Shown here: in pieces, positions 12,492 through 27,799 of the stretch
How positions within the stretch are numbered: position 1 is the stretch's first letter
Layout of the letters: each line of letters starts with the position of its first letter
Origin: Mytilus edulis
Taxonomy: Eukaryota
Assembly: GCF_963676685.1 (NCBI RefSeq)
Contig: NC_092355.1
Coordinates: 42,656,001 to 42,720,000, forward strand
DNA: 64,000 bases
Direction of reading: 5' to 3'
Program-made: the position numbers and the translations under genes
The notes under the pieces: generated by a model
What the model saw: the letters and a program-made list of their open reading frames with translations, nothing else
Told to the model about the DNA's origin: nothing
Databases searched by the model: none

Positions 12492-14602
12492 TTTGAAATC
12501 ATTAAATTTCTGTATGTAAATTTTACATCATCATTCGTTGTATAACAATTACAAGATCCAGTATTGTGTTCTTAATGTCAAAAAATGTACGGCTGCCTTT
12601 ATAACTGTCATTGGAAGTATACATTACCAAAATGTATTGAACCTTCTGAACAGCACACTAGAATATTAATAATGTCAAATAAAGCAGATAACCGTCTGTA
12701 GCCTACAGTTCTAAAATCATTTTATATATATATGGATTTCAATAAATCTGTACTCCATATGTCTTTTTTATAAGATTTATAATACTTAACAAAGGAACAA
12801 TCACCGTGTAAGGATATGCAGTAATCATTGTCCAATGATTGTAAACATTCGAATGAGTAAGTTTCAAAATCTTACATTCATCAAGGGTTATGCATTCTCT
12901 ACGTGATTTCAATACCTGGTATTTATTACTTTTTCTACGCCTACGGGTCTTATATTTTGTAATCTAACCCTTACAATTCGTGGGTTACATTCAGTTATGC
13001 TATGGTTCAGATTCGAGAATAGGACTGCTTTGAACGCTTGGTCCTTTTCAATATATAAAGATTTTTTTATATAATATTTAAAGAACAAAGTCAATTATTA
13101 GTAGTCACTCAGTTTAAAGTAATTATATGTAATTTGATTTATTTTAATTCAATTATTTCTTTGGAACAAACTTTTTTTTAGAAGGCAAAACTATTGTTAT
13201 AAATACGAACTTGCCGTAGATGCCCGAATTTACCCCTTCGCTGAAAGTTGATGCATTGAAAATATGAAAAAATCAAGTCTCAAAAATATACATGTATCCA
13301 GTAGGTAAAATTAAGTGATAGATCAGAAATTTAAAAAGGAAGACGTCGAATATCACCAATCATCATATGTATTTTGTATATTTGGAGCTTACCTAATGAA
13401 TATTATACAAGAAACTTGTGCAATGTGCAGTGCAAACGGTATCATTCTACTGTCAGTACTATTGGGTCGATACTGTCATTCACCCAAGGCAACCGTCCGC
13501 CAAATTGTTGGCACTTATCAACTAAACAGATATATTTGTATGAAATACATGTTTATTTTGAATATACTCATTTTGTGAAAAATGTAAGTGTTCCAGAGCT
13601 CAGTTTTAAATCAATGTAGCAAAGTGGGGTAAAGACGGGTTTCTGCTATATTGAATATGTCAAATGTATGTTGATGGACACACACGTTTTATCATTCTTA
13701 CTGGCAAATGTAATTCATAACTATACGGTTTTCAAATTAGTCACAATAGACAATAATATGGCTCCAATTTAATATTCGTTGGTCTTTCTATGCTGGTTTT
13801 TGTTTGGTAGACTGTTGTTTGTCTTTTCGTCGTCATGCACTCTGTCGCTGGACTTATGTGTGGAATTATATTGCTACTTCATAGTTAGTATAGATGCGAT
13901 CTTGTACAATGTCCAAGTGATTTTTTTTATAAAATTTCAATGATTTAGAAATCAAAGATTCTATTTTGACAGGCATGCATGCATAAAGCCTCATTACAGC
14001 ACAATAAGACATAAATTCTGGAAGCACATGGGTTTTATTCGTTTCAATATTGAACTCAAATTACCGCTCTACAACAAAAATCGCGTTAATATCATTTGCA
14101 ATGATTTATTGACCGAAATACTATTCAAAGGTTGACGACTTAAAATAATTGCAGAAGGGGTAGTTTCGTTGTGCAGCATTTTTTGTCTTATCTCTAAAAT
14201 TTATTGATGCTGCAGAGAGCTAGTTTTACTTAAACTATAAATAAAGCTAGTTTTACGTTTTAAAAAGAAATGCTATCCTTCCATTCATACATACGTTGAA
14301 TAGCATTGAGGACTAGAAGATATGTACGGTAGAGCTGACGTCTTTTTTTTGTGTAAACTAAGATTTCGTTCGTACGATTTTTAATATCATTCAGTTTGGT
14401 AAAAATATTGTTTAAATGAAGACGGAAATGCTTCTATTATTGGTGTGCATTGAATATCTGTATTCTTTTATTCAGTTCTTCTGAGCTTGTCACAAGACAG
14501 TATTTTGATATATATCTACGAAATCTCTTCTGGTGTAGTTTCGCCGATATAAGAGTGTAGAATTACACGATTTAAATATCAAATTTCATGTACATCTTTT
14601 GT

Positions 14603-15371
14603 ATATTCATTTTATTAAATTTACTGTTTGCAAAAGTATAAATTACTCTAAATTATAGGGATTTTCTGGTAACTTAACAGAAACCCTTGCCGTTTTTGGC
14701 ACAACCTTTTTGATCTTTTGGTCCTCGATGCTGTTCAACTTTGTACTCGTTTCGGCTTTCAAACTTTTGTATCTGTGCGTCACACATAGGTCTTGTGTGG
14801 ACAAAATACACTTCTGGCGTATTAAAATTTTGAACTTGTTGCCTTTTGTTGGCTGTTGTTCATGTGATTCTTTGTCAATTGTGTTCTCCAATTTATTTAT
14901 ATTGTAGTCCTGTGTTGTCATTTTGATGTTATATTTCACATGGCCATAAAAGTGCGAGGTTTGGCATGCCACAAAACCAGGTTCAACCAACCATTTTTTC
15001 CTTTAAAAATGCCCTGTACCAAGTCAGGAATATGGTCATTGTTATATTATAGTTCGTTTCTGTGTGTATTACATTATAACGTTGTGTCGTTTGTTTTCTC
15101 TTATTTTTTAGTGTAAATTCACATTGCGATAAGACGTGTCACGGTACTTGTCTATCACAAATTCATGTATTTGGTTTTGATGTTATATATATATGTTATA
15201 TTTGTTATTCTCGTGGGATTTTGTCTATGTGTGTTACATTTTAGTGTTATGTCGTTGTTCTCCTCTTATATTTAATGCGTTTCCCTCGGTTTTAGTTTGT
15301 TATCCCGATTTTGTTTTTTGTCCATGGATTTATGAGTTTTGAACAGCGGTATACTACTGTTGCCTTTATTT
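14603..15371 (+). repeat. ~770-bp dispersed repeat, copy B
   Basis: Near-identical to 1769-2538, which explains the paralogous short ORFs. Confidence 0.9.
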
Positions 15372-18300
15372 ATTCGTAACAGCAGGTTTATTAAATTTGG
15401 CTATTCATTTGAACTGTAATTTACGAAATTCATGATAAGCTAATAATAATTGTTTCATGCTTGAACTGGTGGTCATGTTATCTATTATAGCTGTTTAATA
15501 CATAAAAAAGTAAAATAATACAAACACAGAACTCGTAGGAAAATTCAAAACAGACAGTCCCTTATATTGCAAAATATCAAATTTCATAAACATCAAACGA
15601 TATGGAAAATTCTTGACATATTACTGACTTGGTACAGGCATTTCCTTTTATAGATAATGATGGATTAAACCAGGTTTCATAGTTACTTAAACCTCTCATT
15701 TATATGGCTGTTGCAAACAACTGCATTATATTGGCATTTATGTGTGAAAAAAATCAAACAGACATAATCGAGAAAAAAATATCAAAAAGTGGGGTACAGC
15801 ACTTGTTCAGTGTAAACTTCCCTTTACTTACATACCTATTTTATTCATATAGTCGAAATAATATGAAGATTATTTAGATCTTAAAAAGGGAATTAAATAC
15901 AAGTTAGTAATACGGAAATATAGATATGTGTGAAATATTTTCAGGGGATCATGCTTTACTGAATGTAAAAGTTTATGATGTTTAGTTTCTTCGTCAATAT
16001 TCTCGGTAGAGTATATTGTAAGTCAAAACGATACATTTTTACACCAATTCATACAATTGAGGATTAACTATCATCAGTGATCTGAACTTAATTCCAGCAA
16101 TGAATTATTAAATTTAAAACGTGAAATTTGGGTCATGTTACCTTCATCTTCAGGCATTTTGTGAGTCTTACAAATATATGTTAATATGGTTTTGTTATTT
16201 TTATGAGTAGCTATGGACACAAATGATAGACTTGAAAATTACAATGAACGCTTTGAAGCTACTTCCAACGAAAAGAGCATTTTAATTGCATATTTGCCAT
16301 TAATGAATAGTCATTGCTAAGAGTAACAAAATGATCAAATGAACATAAAACTGCATCTTCTTTAATACAATTTTGGAATTAGATATAATGACACATTAAT
16401 GGGGCAATAATTCGTGCTATGATTTATAATACAAATAGTTTGAATTAGACCTTTAATTAGAAAATTTTAAAATAATGTTTTTATCACCTTTTCCGGTTCA
16501 TTTTCATGTTCATTATAGGACACAAGGTTGGTGCATTCACTATTTAGAAAAGTATATGGACAAAAATATTAAGAAAATTAATCAAGTATGAGGAATATAA
16601 AACGAATACTTGTACTATAACATTATATAAACCACGAACTCGGAACCTGGAAAACCTGATCGAACATGTCGAAAGTGTTGCACAGTACGCTGGAAAATAA
16701 CCTATATAATATAATATGACGATACGATACTTGTTGCATTCAAAGGCCGACATATGAGACATCGAATATAGAAGAGTGACTTGAATTAACCAAGCACTTT
16801 AATCACTGTGTATCATTGCCACCGGAAATTGGGTACTAACGAAGCGGAGAGAAATAGAAAAAAAAGTAAACAAGTTGAGAATTCATTCAAGTTAAAGCAT
16901 TTCCACTCATTTGATGAGGATGCCGCTTAAGAAATGATTTTCTGATATATAATTTATGAAATTATTAGGTCGAAAATTACAAAATTAAGACAAGATTTTG
17001 TGTTATACCCCAAAACGTGCCACTTAGTCACGGAAAAATTTCGTTACCTGATATTTGCATTGGTATTATTTGGGTCTCAAAACAAAAGAAAGAAAATCAA
17101 GAATCTTCTAAAATTTTGGTAAATGACCTTTCATAAGCTATTTTAAAAGTCTTATATGAAAAAATAAATGGGTGTTATGGGGCAAAATATTTTACATTGT
17201 ATTGTATGGAAAACACCAAGGAGTCCGAACATTTGACACAAATTCCAAAAACTCACCTAAGTACATCCTTAAGAAAAATCTTAAGAGAAATATAACAATT
17301 TAAAATGACTGCTATATATTTCTTTTTAATATTATAAACAGATCGAAGAGCTTTAAGAAGAGATCACGTTTTTCGGGACCGGAACGACGACCTTGATTTG
17401 TTAAATAATGGCCATTCAATTGCACGGTATCGTTTCCCAAATCAGTCTATTTGGATGATTTAAACAAATCAAATGCAATCCCTTCCCATATTCAAGATGT
17501 ATAACAAGACTAACAACACAAATCAAACTTATCTTCCGTCTAGTAGTTAAATGTGCAAATTTGGTGTTCTCTATCACGTCCGCTATGGAGTGAAACATTG
17601 CAAATTATGTTACGCCAATCCCGAACACTTACACACAAGCAAGACTAAAGGTTGTACATATATTAAGAACGTTTAAGATCAATAAACCTATTTTCCAAAG
17701 CCTTAAATTTGTCAGTCTGATTATTGTACACACAGTTTCAGAAATGGTCACATTTGGGATGAGATATGAGGGTACTCGGAAAAAGGGGGAATTGTCCGAT
17801 GACCTGTTTTTCAAACTACCTTTATTCAATCCATTTCAACTGCACATCTGCGTACAAGTGATTTCATATTCGGGTTTTATTAAGTAGAACAACAACAGTG
17901 CATGCTTATCCGATTTAGAAATGTAGTAGTTGCTTTCAAAGCCGGACATATAATTTATTATTACAAATTTAATTCAATGTTACTGTTTCAGTCAAGTTTA
18001 AAAAGGTAATACATTGCTTCTTAAATGTTTGTTTACAATTAAAAGACATGATGGGTTTCATGAAAACACTTGGTATTCTGCATATCTGACATTAATTTCC
18101 ATATACAACTATTATCATTGTACGTATTTTAAAAAAAAAATTTTTTTTAAATAAAACCGAAAAAAATAATTGTTGAAACTATGTTTTATGCTGCATGCGA
18201 CAAGCTTCATTTAAAAAAACGGCTATTTTTGGCTGTCCCGCGTAACATATTTCATTTATTGTAACCACTAAACTATGATTTTTGACTAAACTATTTAATA

Positions 18301-19299
18301 TTTTGAAAAACGTTTTTTTCAATTATTTAACAGAAAGGTTCTTTCTGTCTTTTGTGCATTTTTCTATGACATTATGATGATATTATAGAAAAAAGCGGTC
18401 CATACTACAAGTGCAAATCTGTCCCGCGGGGAAAAAAATTGGGATTCCAGATTTGAGAATCAAAAAACTTTTATCTAAAATGGAAAAAGTTTAGTATTTG
18501 TATTTTCTACATCAATGTTAATTTGCTTAATTTTATGAATTTAAATACAAATATCCTGATAAATCATATATGGTAATTTATGAGCAATTTATCAAAGGCT
18601 TACAAGGTTGTCGCACCGTCATTTTTTTTGACGTAAAAACGAACTAAACTGAAATTTACGTAAATTGTTTGTTTATCAGTGCTCTGTTAATGGTAGAATT
18701 TTATGATTTTTTAAAATGTTATTTTTCTTAATTTTTCAAAAATCTAAAATACATCAATTTTCAAAAAGTAGTTAAAAAGCACCGTTGATTTTGTGGAGTT
18801 TTACAAGAATGTCGCCCATGCTCAAAAACAACGTTTCAGTCGAAGTTTTGGTTTGAACGTTACGAATTATTCGCGACATTGTGTTACGCTTACATGTACG
18901 AACATCGCGCGTAACGTCAAAGCATAAACATTAAAATTGATACTACATGTAGTACTTTTTTCTTTGATAGGAAGACTATCATAGTAACACCCAACAACTT
19001 CAAACTGCTTGACGAGCGTTACAAAACCAGTGCCTTGTTTTTTTGTGATTTTCTTTTGAGTCTAGCACCAGAAAGGTGCTGCCGCTGCAGACATGAACTA
19101 AACACAACACTTGTTTCTTCAGTTTGCGTCTGCATCACTTTTGCAGACTGCAACTCATAATTCACTTGCCCTAAAAGTATATAAAGCAACCGAAAAAAAT
19201 AACTCTAAATCCTATTGATATTAAAATGTATTTAAAACCATTCAAGAGAGAATCAACGATATAGCCGTCCAGAAGCAAGAAACTGACACTAATCAAACT

Positions 19300-19570
19300 A
19301 AACAAATTAAACTTTTTAAATATACTAGATAAACCTGGTAGAAGACCCTCGTATGTTGATCAATGCAAATCCAAATGTGATAGATCGACATTATGTAGAT
19401 TAAGGTTAAGTGCTCATACTTTATTTATTGAAAGAGGGCGATATATAAAAATACCAAAGCAGAGTAGGGTATGTCTTTGCTGCAACAATGGAGACATTGA
19501 AGATGAACTACACTTTCTTTTAAAATGTTCATCCTATAACTATATGAGAGATAACCTCATCAAAAAATAA
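19300..19570 (+). mobile_element. Non-LTR retrotransposon ORF2 C-terminal fragment
   Basis: Translates LCRLRLSAHTLFIERGRY..CLCC..IEDELHFLLKC, the same motif family as 59021-59230. Confidence 0.75.
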
Positions 19571-20529
19571 TCTATTGAACAACAATTTACCTTTTTTATA
19601 ATATACTTGATTTCTGTAATAATGTATATGCTTCTCTTTTATTTTTAGATATTTCTCTCATAATTATCCACTGTCACTTCTTCATGTATATGTTCCGGAC
19701 CATATGAGTATTTGGACCATACGCGTATGGTCAGGCCATATGAGTATTATACTCGTTTGGTTATTAACGGGCCGGACCATATGAGTATTTCGACCATATA
19801 GGTATTTTTTTTCAAATATGCAATAAAAACGTTCAATAATACAATAAACTGTATCTTAAAAGAAATGATGGGTACGTATAAAAAAAATGTATTAATTTTA
19901 CAATTCACAGGCTACAGAAACATTAAATATAGATGTTGATCTTAGTATTCATCGCTGATTGTATTCTTGCATGTATGCTTAAAATGACATTTACTTCCAC
20001 ACGGTACCATAGCTTTCTTGCATTTGCACGTCTTGTTTGTTCACGAACATTTTCCGATACACCTTTTACTGTTTTAATTGCAAGTGACAAGCTAACACAT
20101 TTATAATATTGTTTTCCGATTTACTCATCATTACATATATAATCGTGCACCAGAATTTGCCGGTGGTGTACTACATATTGATGCAGCGTGTAATACATAT
20201 TATACGTATTGTTTTCTTTTTCGTAGGTTTTGACAACACTGTAATTTGAGAAAATTGGCAAAGGGGCGACTATAAGTGATAATCGGAAGTCGTCATTGCG
20301 CATGTGAAACGAAAGTAAAACAAGGTTGCTATGCAATTGTTTATCTTACGATTAGTAGTAAGTTTTTACTTAAGTTAGAAACTTAAGAATACTCGTAAGA
20401 TAAAAAATAATCTTACGACCGCCTTCGTGAAAGTGACTTAAGATTTCTCTTACGATACTCGTAAGATTAAATCTTAAGATGTATCTTAAGATTTTTTGTG
20501 AAAAGGGCTACTGGAATATGTTGAAAGTT

Positions 20530-21982
20530 CATCTATCTTATAAATTTACATATCTTATGTCTGTATATAAAAAAAGCAGATGTAGTATGATTGTAAATGA
20601 GACAACTCTCCACAAGAGACCAAAATGACACAGAAATAACAACTACAGGTGATCGTTAGGCCTTCAACAATGAGAAAAGCCCATACCGCATAGTCAGCTA
20701 TAAAAGGTACAGACATGAGAATGTAAAAAAAATAAACGAGAAAACCAAGAGCCTTATTTATGTACAAAAATTGAACGAAAAACGAATATGTAACACATCA
20801 ACAAACGGCACCACTGAATTAAATGCTCCTGACTTGGGACAGGCACATACATACATAAAGTTGCGGGGTTTAACATGTTTGTGGAATCCCAACCCTCCCC
20901 CTAACCTGGAAAAGTGGTATAACATAAGAACGAACTATAAACATCAGTTGCCTGCATACAGGTCCAGTGTTCTGAACTTTTACATGATAATAAATGGTAT
21001 TTCTTCGTCTGTATGCCTGCAAATCGACCTGGCGTATGCTAAACTTTCACTCTATGTGTATACTAGAATTTGTCATGTCTGTATGCCTGCATACAATCTG
21101 GTATATGTAGAACCTTCAAAATTATTTATTTTTGCATCGTTCAGGTCTGTTTGACTCCGTAAATGTGTTGGGAGGCTTACATACATATACAGTGAAAAAA
21201 ATTACCTTGGAATCATTGTATATCAATTTTAAGATTTTGATTACACTTTGATATTTCATTGACATAGTGAAGTCAGTTCATGTCCGTGGTAGACTTGTGA
21301 AGCTTTTGGGAAGGTTAGTTGACTCTGACTGATTGGCTTTTCCAATACTCCCTAACAAGTTGTGAATAGGTTTTGTATTCTGAGAGAGAATATTTTGTCT
21401 CTGGATCTCATTGGTGTGTTAAGTTTGCAGAAATTTGCAGGTAGGTGCGTCTCTTTTTTACCTGCTATTCCTAATGATCAACTTCACATATGGGAGGTAA
21501 ATAGCGATATAAGTTTAGCATCACAGAACGAAAGTGTTGTAAATCTGTCACCAAGTTTGCAAGAAGAAATAAGTCACTGGTCTTTTCCTGATTCTTAGGA
21601 AGATTGTTTTCCATGGCGAAATGAAAAGCATTTGCAGGTCTCTCTTGTGTTAGAGCCTCTGATTATAAATTGGGTGCTTCAGTAGTTTCTGTGGTAACTC
21701 AGTTTGAGTAACAGACTTTTGGAGCAATGACGACAGAATGTCTTTACATTTGCATATACTGACTTTGTGTCATTGATTGATACCTCATATGCTTTGTTTT
21801 TCGATTTATATGGTTTTATTTCTATAATTCAATTATTTAGCTCTGCACATTTAACATCCATTAAATAAAACTGTTGGTTGTTCTGAATAAACGATTATTC
21901 AAAATAAATGTCTTTTAAAAAAAGTTTCATTTCATGCATCGAAATGTGAAACAAATGATTACTAACATCCCTGCTAGAATGC
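20530..21982 (+). repeat. Segment duplicated (with nested insertions) at 59527-64000
   Basis: Colinear matches from tatcttataaatttacatatctta through to tgcatcgaaatgtgaaacaa..catccctgctagaatgc at the window end. Confidence 0.85.
20568..20948 (+). repeat. Abundant interspersed repeat family (gatgtggtatgattgccaatgagacaactctccac..)
   Basis: Related copies or fragments at 52500-52815 (-), 55790-55975 (-), 40780-40930 (-), 30445-30510 and 7262-7700. Confidence 0.75.
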
Positions 21983-22476
21983 CATTGACAGACTGTGCAT
22001 GGGTACATCTATTGTTATCGATAGCCGATGACACAATAGTTAAAGATAAATAGTTAGCTTTTAGTTAGGGTCTTAACTCTTTTTTCTTGTATCTGTAAGC
22101 ATCCCTCCGGACCCTACCGCACCATCAACGTCAACTCACCAACAACCCGGATACTTTACAAACACAGCCACATCAAAAGTGATACGACCATAAGGTACAT
22201 TATCGTACCCAGACAAATTAAAGGACAACTATCGAAGTAAAAAGAAATGACACACAGCGTCATCACCAAGAATCCACAATCAAAGATCAGCTTCTAATAT
22301 TTGTGAATTTAACATTGTTTGTTCATAATTTAGGTCTTGTTTCCTTTTGAAAAACGTAAAGGTAAAAATAATGATCATGTTCAAAGTGTGCTGTGATAAA
22401 ACCATGGCTCAATATTTGGTTTTGATCTCGAGCAAAAAATATGTTTTACAAGGTCTAAATAGCAGCAGAAAGCTCT

Positions 22477-23150
22477 TCAATGGCGAATGAGTTGAGAAAT
22501 GTGTGCTGCATGTGCGCTTGAAGTTTGTATGTTGATTCTTAAAAAAGAGGGATGAAAGATACCAGAGAGACAGTCAAACTCATGGATAGAAAATATACTT
22601 AGAACGCCATGGCTTAAAAGGAAAAAAAAACAAACAGAAAAATAATAGAACATAGGACACAACATAGAAAACTAAAGATTAAGCAACACGAACCCTACCA
22701 AAAACTTAAAGGGTAATTAGGTGCTCCGGGAGGGTAAGCAGATCCTGCTCCACAAGTGGCACCCGTTGTGTTGCTCATGTTATTACAAATCCGGTAAATA
22801 GTTTAATTCGGTATGTCATATTTGTGAATAAAGAACAACGGGATTGTAGTAACGACATTAGGAACATATTCGATAGCATCTGTGAAACGTTTATTCCATA
22901 ACTGTCAAACAACTCCTGATGATGTCCGTGACAATTTACGAAGAGATGATTTCAACTCCACTATTTGAAACTCTTGGTTTTATAAATTCCTTATGAGCAG
23001 CAACCCTTTATCAAGTAAAATGATAGGAAATACAAGCCCGGGAAAATTGATTAGAAGGGAGATATATACTCCGTCTACATGCTGCTGCTACATAGAAATG
23101 GAATGTTCACAATTTGGAAGCTGAATTTATTGTCATACAGTTTTGTTTTA
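22477..23150 (-). mobile_element. 3' fragment of a PLE-type RT thumb without C-terminal endonuclease (Naiad-like) plus 3' UTR
   Basis: Decayed minus translation KTKLYD..IVNIPFLCS..GVYIS..RACISY..DKGLLL..LKSSLRK..VSQM. The downstream motif gggtgccact..gcttaccctcccggagcacct recurs at 39259-39340 (+). Confidence 0.6.
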
Positions 23151-24375
23151 AGGTGAGGAAACATGTTAAAAATATCTGGGTCTTTTTCTCAAACTCAGTA
23201 ACTGTAATAAATAATGAAATTGTATTTAAGGTATAAGCAAATGAAGAGGCAGAAGTTTTGTATTCTTTTTTTAATTTCAAGTTCAGAAGGATATATTATT
23301 GAACCCAATCAAAAAGGTTTAGATTGATGATGGAAAGTAATGTCGACAAGGATAATCGCACAGTATGTTCCTATCGGAATCCGGCTACTCGATGGAAATG
23401 TTGACCTCAAATTCAAAAGGTATAATTTTCAGTTTTAATCCTCTGTTTAAATTCTTAGCAAAATATACTGTTGTATCCAAATAAAATAAAGGTGTAACGT
23501 ATGGTAATCATTTTCATAAAGATAATATTCAGAGAACAGTAATATAAAAAAAAGTTCAGAAGCTTTAAACAGTTCTCAATACTCCACACAGAGTGATTAC
23601 ACAGTATCACATTACAAGACATTTATTATTACAAGGCGTTTTCAAAGCGCATTAAATTCTCCCTCGCCCTGCTCGTCCGAATTTAAAGTATTTAATCTCT
23701 AAATTCAATAGGCTATAAACAAAACAAACACAGATATAGGATTAGTTGCTCGCAGTAACATATCATTTTCTCTTGCGATACAATATTTTATTTTACTTTC
23801 TTCTACATATTTCTTCGATTCAAACCACTGACATATAAATCCATGACATATAACATTGTTTCTCATTCGCATCTTTTCTTTTTCCTCGGTTAATACCTCC
23901 AACGTCTGTACGTATGTAATAAACATAGCAGCAACTGTCAATTTACCAATGTGACCAACTTCAATTCGACGCAACTGCGAGCACCTTCCATAATATTACA
24001 TTTAATTGCCAAATTTTATATAGTACCATTAAATCCCACCCGTAAAAACCGCCAAAACTTTCCTCGTGCATTATACACCCGACATCAAACTCTATAAATA
24101 GTACATACTGTTGCAGAACTAGTTATACTAGTTCCCATCTATAAAAAAAACACCAATTTCAAACGAAATAAAATATTTTTATATAACATTACAATCCAAG
24201 CGCTTTACATGTTAAAACAAATAAACATAAGTTCTTATATTAATGAAACTACAAACTTAAAGTAAACCAAAATATGTTTAAAGGCATACAACATAAAATC
24301 AATTATAAAAAGTTAAAACTCTAATACTTCATTAACTTGGTTATAAATGAATTAAAAGAATTATTAATGAATAAG

Positions 24376-25050
24376 TAAATAAAGGCAACAGTAGTATACC
24401 GCTGTTCAAAACACGTAAATCGAGGGACAAAAAACAAAATCGGGGTAACAAACTAAAACTGAGGGAAACACATTAAATATAAGAGGAGAACAACGACACA
24501 ACATTAAAATGTAACACACACAGAAACGGACAAAGCATTAGACAAAATCCGATGAGAATAACAAATATAACATCAAAACCAAATACATGAATTTGGGTTA
24601 GAAAAGTACCATGACACGTCTTATAGTAAAGTGAATTCACACTCAAATATAAGAGAAAACAAACGACACAACGGAAACACAACGTTAAAACGTAACACAC
24701 ACAGAAACGAACTATAATATAACAATGGTTATATTCCTGACTTGGTACAGGACATTTTTAAAGAAAAAAATGGTGGGTTAAACCTGGTTTTGTGGCATTT
24801 CAAACCTCGCGCTTTAATGGCAATGATAAATATATCATTAAAATGACAACATAACATTATAGGACTACAATACAAATAAATAGGAGAACATATTAGACAA
24901 AGAAACACATGAATAATAGCTAACGAAAGGCTTCAGGTTTAAAATTTAATACGCCAGAAGCTCACCTCGTCCACATAAGACTTACCAGTGACGCCCAGAT
25001 ATAAAATTTCGAAAGTCAAAACAAGTACAAAGTTCTACAGCACTGAGTTA
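24376..25050 (-). repeat. Dispersed repeat, copy C (inverted)
   Basis: aaataaaggcaacagtagtataccgctgttc terminus; colinear with the reverse complement of copy A. Confidence 0.85.
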
Positions 25051-26547
25051 AAATTCCAATACTTGTTATCTTAACTAAATATTTCTAAAATTGATTAATG
25101 CTACTACTATTTTGTATTTAAAAATAAGTAACAAAACGACGTTGGCTTTTAACAAAATATTATATCAAAGTATACAGAAACACATCAAATCAGACAAAAA
25201 TGTACAAAATATTACTTATAATAAATGCGTTTTTAGTCCTTTCTTAAATTCTAGCGATTGTTTATTTCGATGATTTGTTTGAAGGCTAATCTACAAAAAC
25301 TCGGCCGCCTAGTCGAACCTCCGTTCGGCACACATTTTGGGCCGTGCATTTTTGGCATCTTAATTTAAGCAGCATTTTCACATCGCAACGATCGTGCTGT
25401 ACAAATGTATGAGTTAACTTAGATACGCAGGTACAGGTCCATGCAATGCTTTGAATGCGTACACCAATAGTTTATACTGACATTGGAATACAAATGGTAG
25501 CGAACGTAGAGTCATAAGTGTTGGAGTTAGTTGTTCAATTTTCTTTTGCGGGTTACTAGCCTGGCAGCCTTGTTCTGTTCAAGCTAAAGTTTGGATTGAC
25601 TCGAGGCAATCACACCATACATTAAAGCATTACCATAATCAAGTCGCGACGTTACAAGAGAGTGTTCTAGGGTTTTGCAAGCGTCCTCCATTATATATGA
25701 TCAAATACGTCTAGGTTTTAATCTGTCATTCTTTACTCACTTGTGTCTCATAGTCTATTGAGGATGAATAATACTGATTTGTTTAAATTCGGGTCGGTGA
25801 CAGAAATCAGTTTTTTCACTAGTTCACGTCTACATGTGATGGTCAAATTCTATAAATATATCTGTAAGATTTAAACACGCCTAGATTTTTTATGTGTTAG
25901 AAAATGATGGAAATTGATAGTGAAGTATTTCTGGTCAATGTTTTTTATTATTTTTTTCTTAATCCCGCATTATCTACTTTTCCTAGATAACGGATAAAAT
26001 TATGCCAAATTTTCAATTTTGCATCCTATTCTAGATCTCAATGCATCAAATCTGCTAATAACTGACAAGAAAATCATTCAAATAATATAATTTAATAACT
26101 TACACCTCGAACCAATACAAGCTGAACATATCCTTACCATCAGACTAATGTGTCTTTAAAGAACCACCTGCTTTGGCCAATGAAAAACATGATAACAATG
26201 TACAGCTAGCCTTCAAATAGTATGTATATGGGACTCTAGGTTTTTCATGTCAATTGAAAATAAAACCATGAATGTTGCATATCAATGTAAACAGGAAGGA
26301 CATCATTGTGTAATGCAAACTTATAATTTTAAATCTTTTTATCTATCACTGTCCATTGAAGGGACAAATATATTCAATTTTAATACCAATAGTCTTCGTG
26401 AAACACTGACACAGAAGATAAGATGATTGCAGTCTTGTAATTGACTCCTCCATAGGCTAACATGCAAAACAGCTGATTTCTAAAAAAAAATAAGAACATT
26501 TCTTTTCATGGTTATATTATGTACTTTAATGTGAAATTGTGATTTAA

Positions 26548-27270
26548 GGTAGCACAATACAAAGATTGTATAACTCCAACACCCAAGTTTTAAAATGCTG
26601 TAACTTTCTTAAAAATGCTTGAAAATTTATAAAATTGGTAGTTTTGGATAGCTAACAGATTACTCTTTCAAATTAATGTAATGTTAGTATTATGCAACAA
26701 TTATGTAACCAATTATAATGTTAACTGTGTCTAAAATATTTTTCACCAAATTTCAACTTTCAAATGAAATTAGCTTCTGCATAGGTATCCCTAGAGGGTT
26801 GATTTTGTTATATGTTGCTCCTATGGCCATTATCTACAAAAGGCTGTCTCAGATTTCAGATAGAATGTATAGAACAAATTTTACACTTAATTAAACATTA
26901 TCTTCTTTTATGTGGTAAGGATGTTTTCACTAATTAGAGATTTATGAGAGAATGGAATACCATAGAGACAATCTGAGACACCCTTTTGAAGCCCATGATG
27001 TGTTAATTAAGATTTCGTTAAAATTTTCTGTATAGTTAAAGAGATGATAGAGCTAAATTCATTCAAGTGAACTTACCCAGATTTTGCCACTAATTACATA
27101 ATAATTGATTACATAATGATTGCATAATAAGAATATTGCATTCAATTGAAAGATTAATTTTTTATCTATCTATGTATACCTCTTTTATTATTTTCTATGC
27201 ATTCATAAGAAAGTTACAGCATTTCAAAGGTTAGTGATTGGAAGTAAAAAGATCTTTGTATTGTGCTACC
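26548..27270. mobile_element. MITE with ggtagcacaatacaaagat TIRs flanked by TTAA (Kolobok-like)
   Basis: 19-bp TIRs; TTAA at 26544-26547 and 27271-27274. Confidence 0.85.
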
Positions 27271-27799
27271 TTAATCGGGAAAAAAGTGGGTCATGCCACG
27301 AAGAATAAAACGCAAGTTAACCCTGAAGTCAAAAGTATTTTGTCTACTTTCTGTTTGCTGGTTTTACTAGGCCGCACTACTTCCAATAAACATAATATCT
27401 TCCACTTTCCCGGATTTGTATTCTCTAAAAGATGCAAGATTTTTTTTAAAACATTATAAATGTTTCAATTCAGGATAAACTTTTAATCAAAAAGAAAAAC
27501 TTGAGTCCAGAAAAAAAATCAGAAAAATGGACTATTTTATTTCCCTCCTTGTACCTACTACCTTTATCTTCTTAAAATCAATGACGTATATTACTTTTCA
27601 ATGTCATTTTTGTGTTTGTTTCGAATGAGAGAAAAAAAGTTTAGTGCCAAAAGTAGTTAATTTATATATCTATTTTGATAACGAATAGTCTTTTTATTTA
27701 CTTGTTATAAAAATAAGAGTATATTTATTTCTTTCATTAAACGGACAGGTAAAAAGTATTGAGATATCTATGTATGTCAAGTACGAAATAGTAATATTA

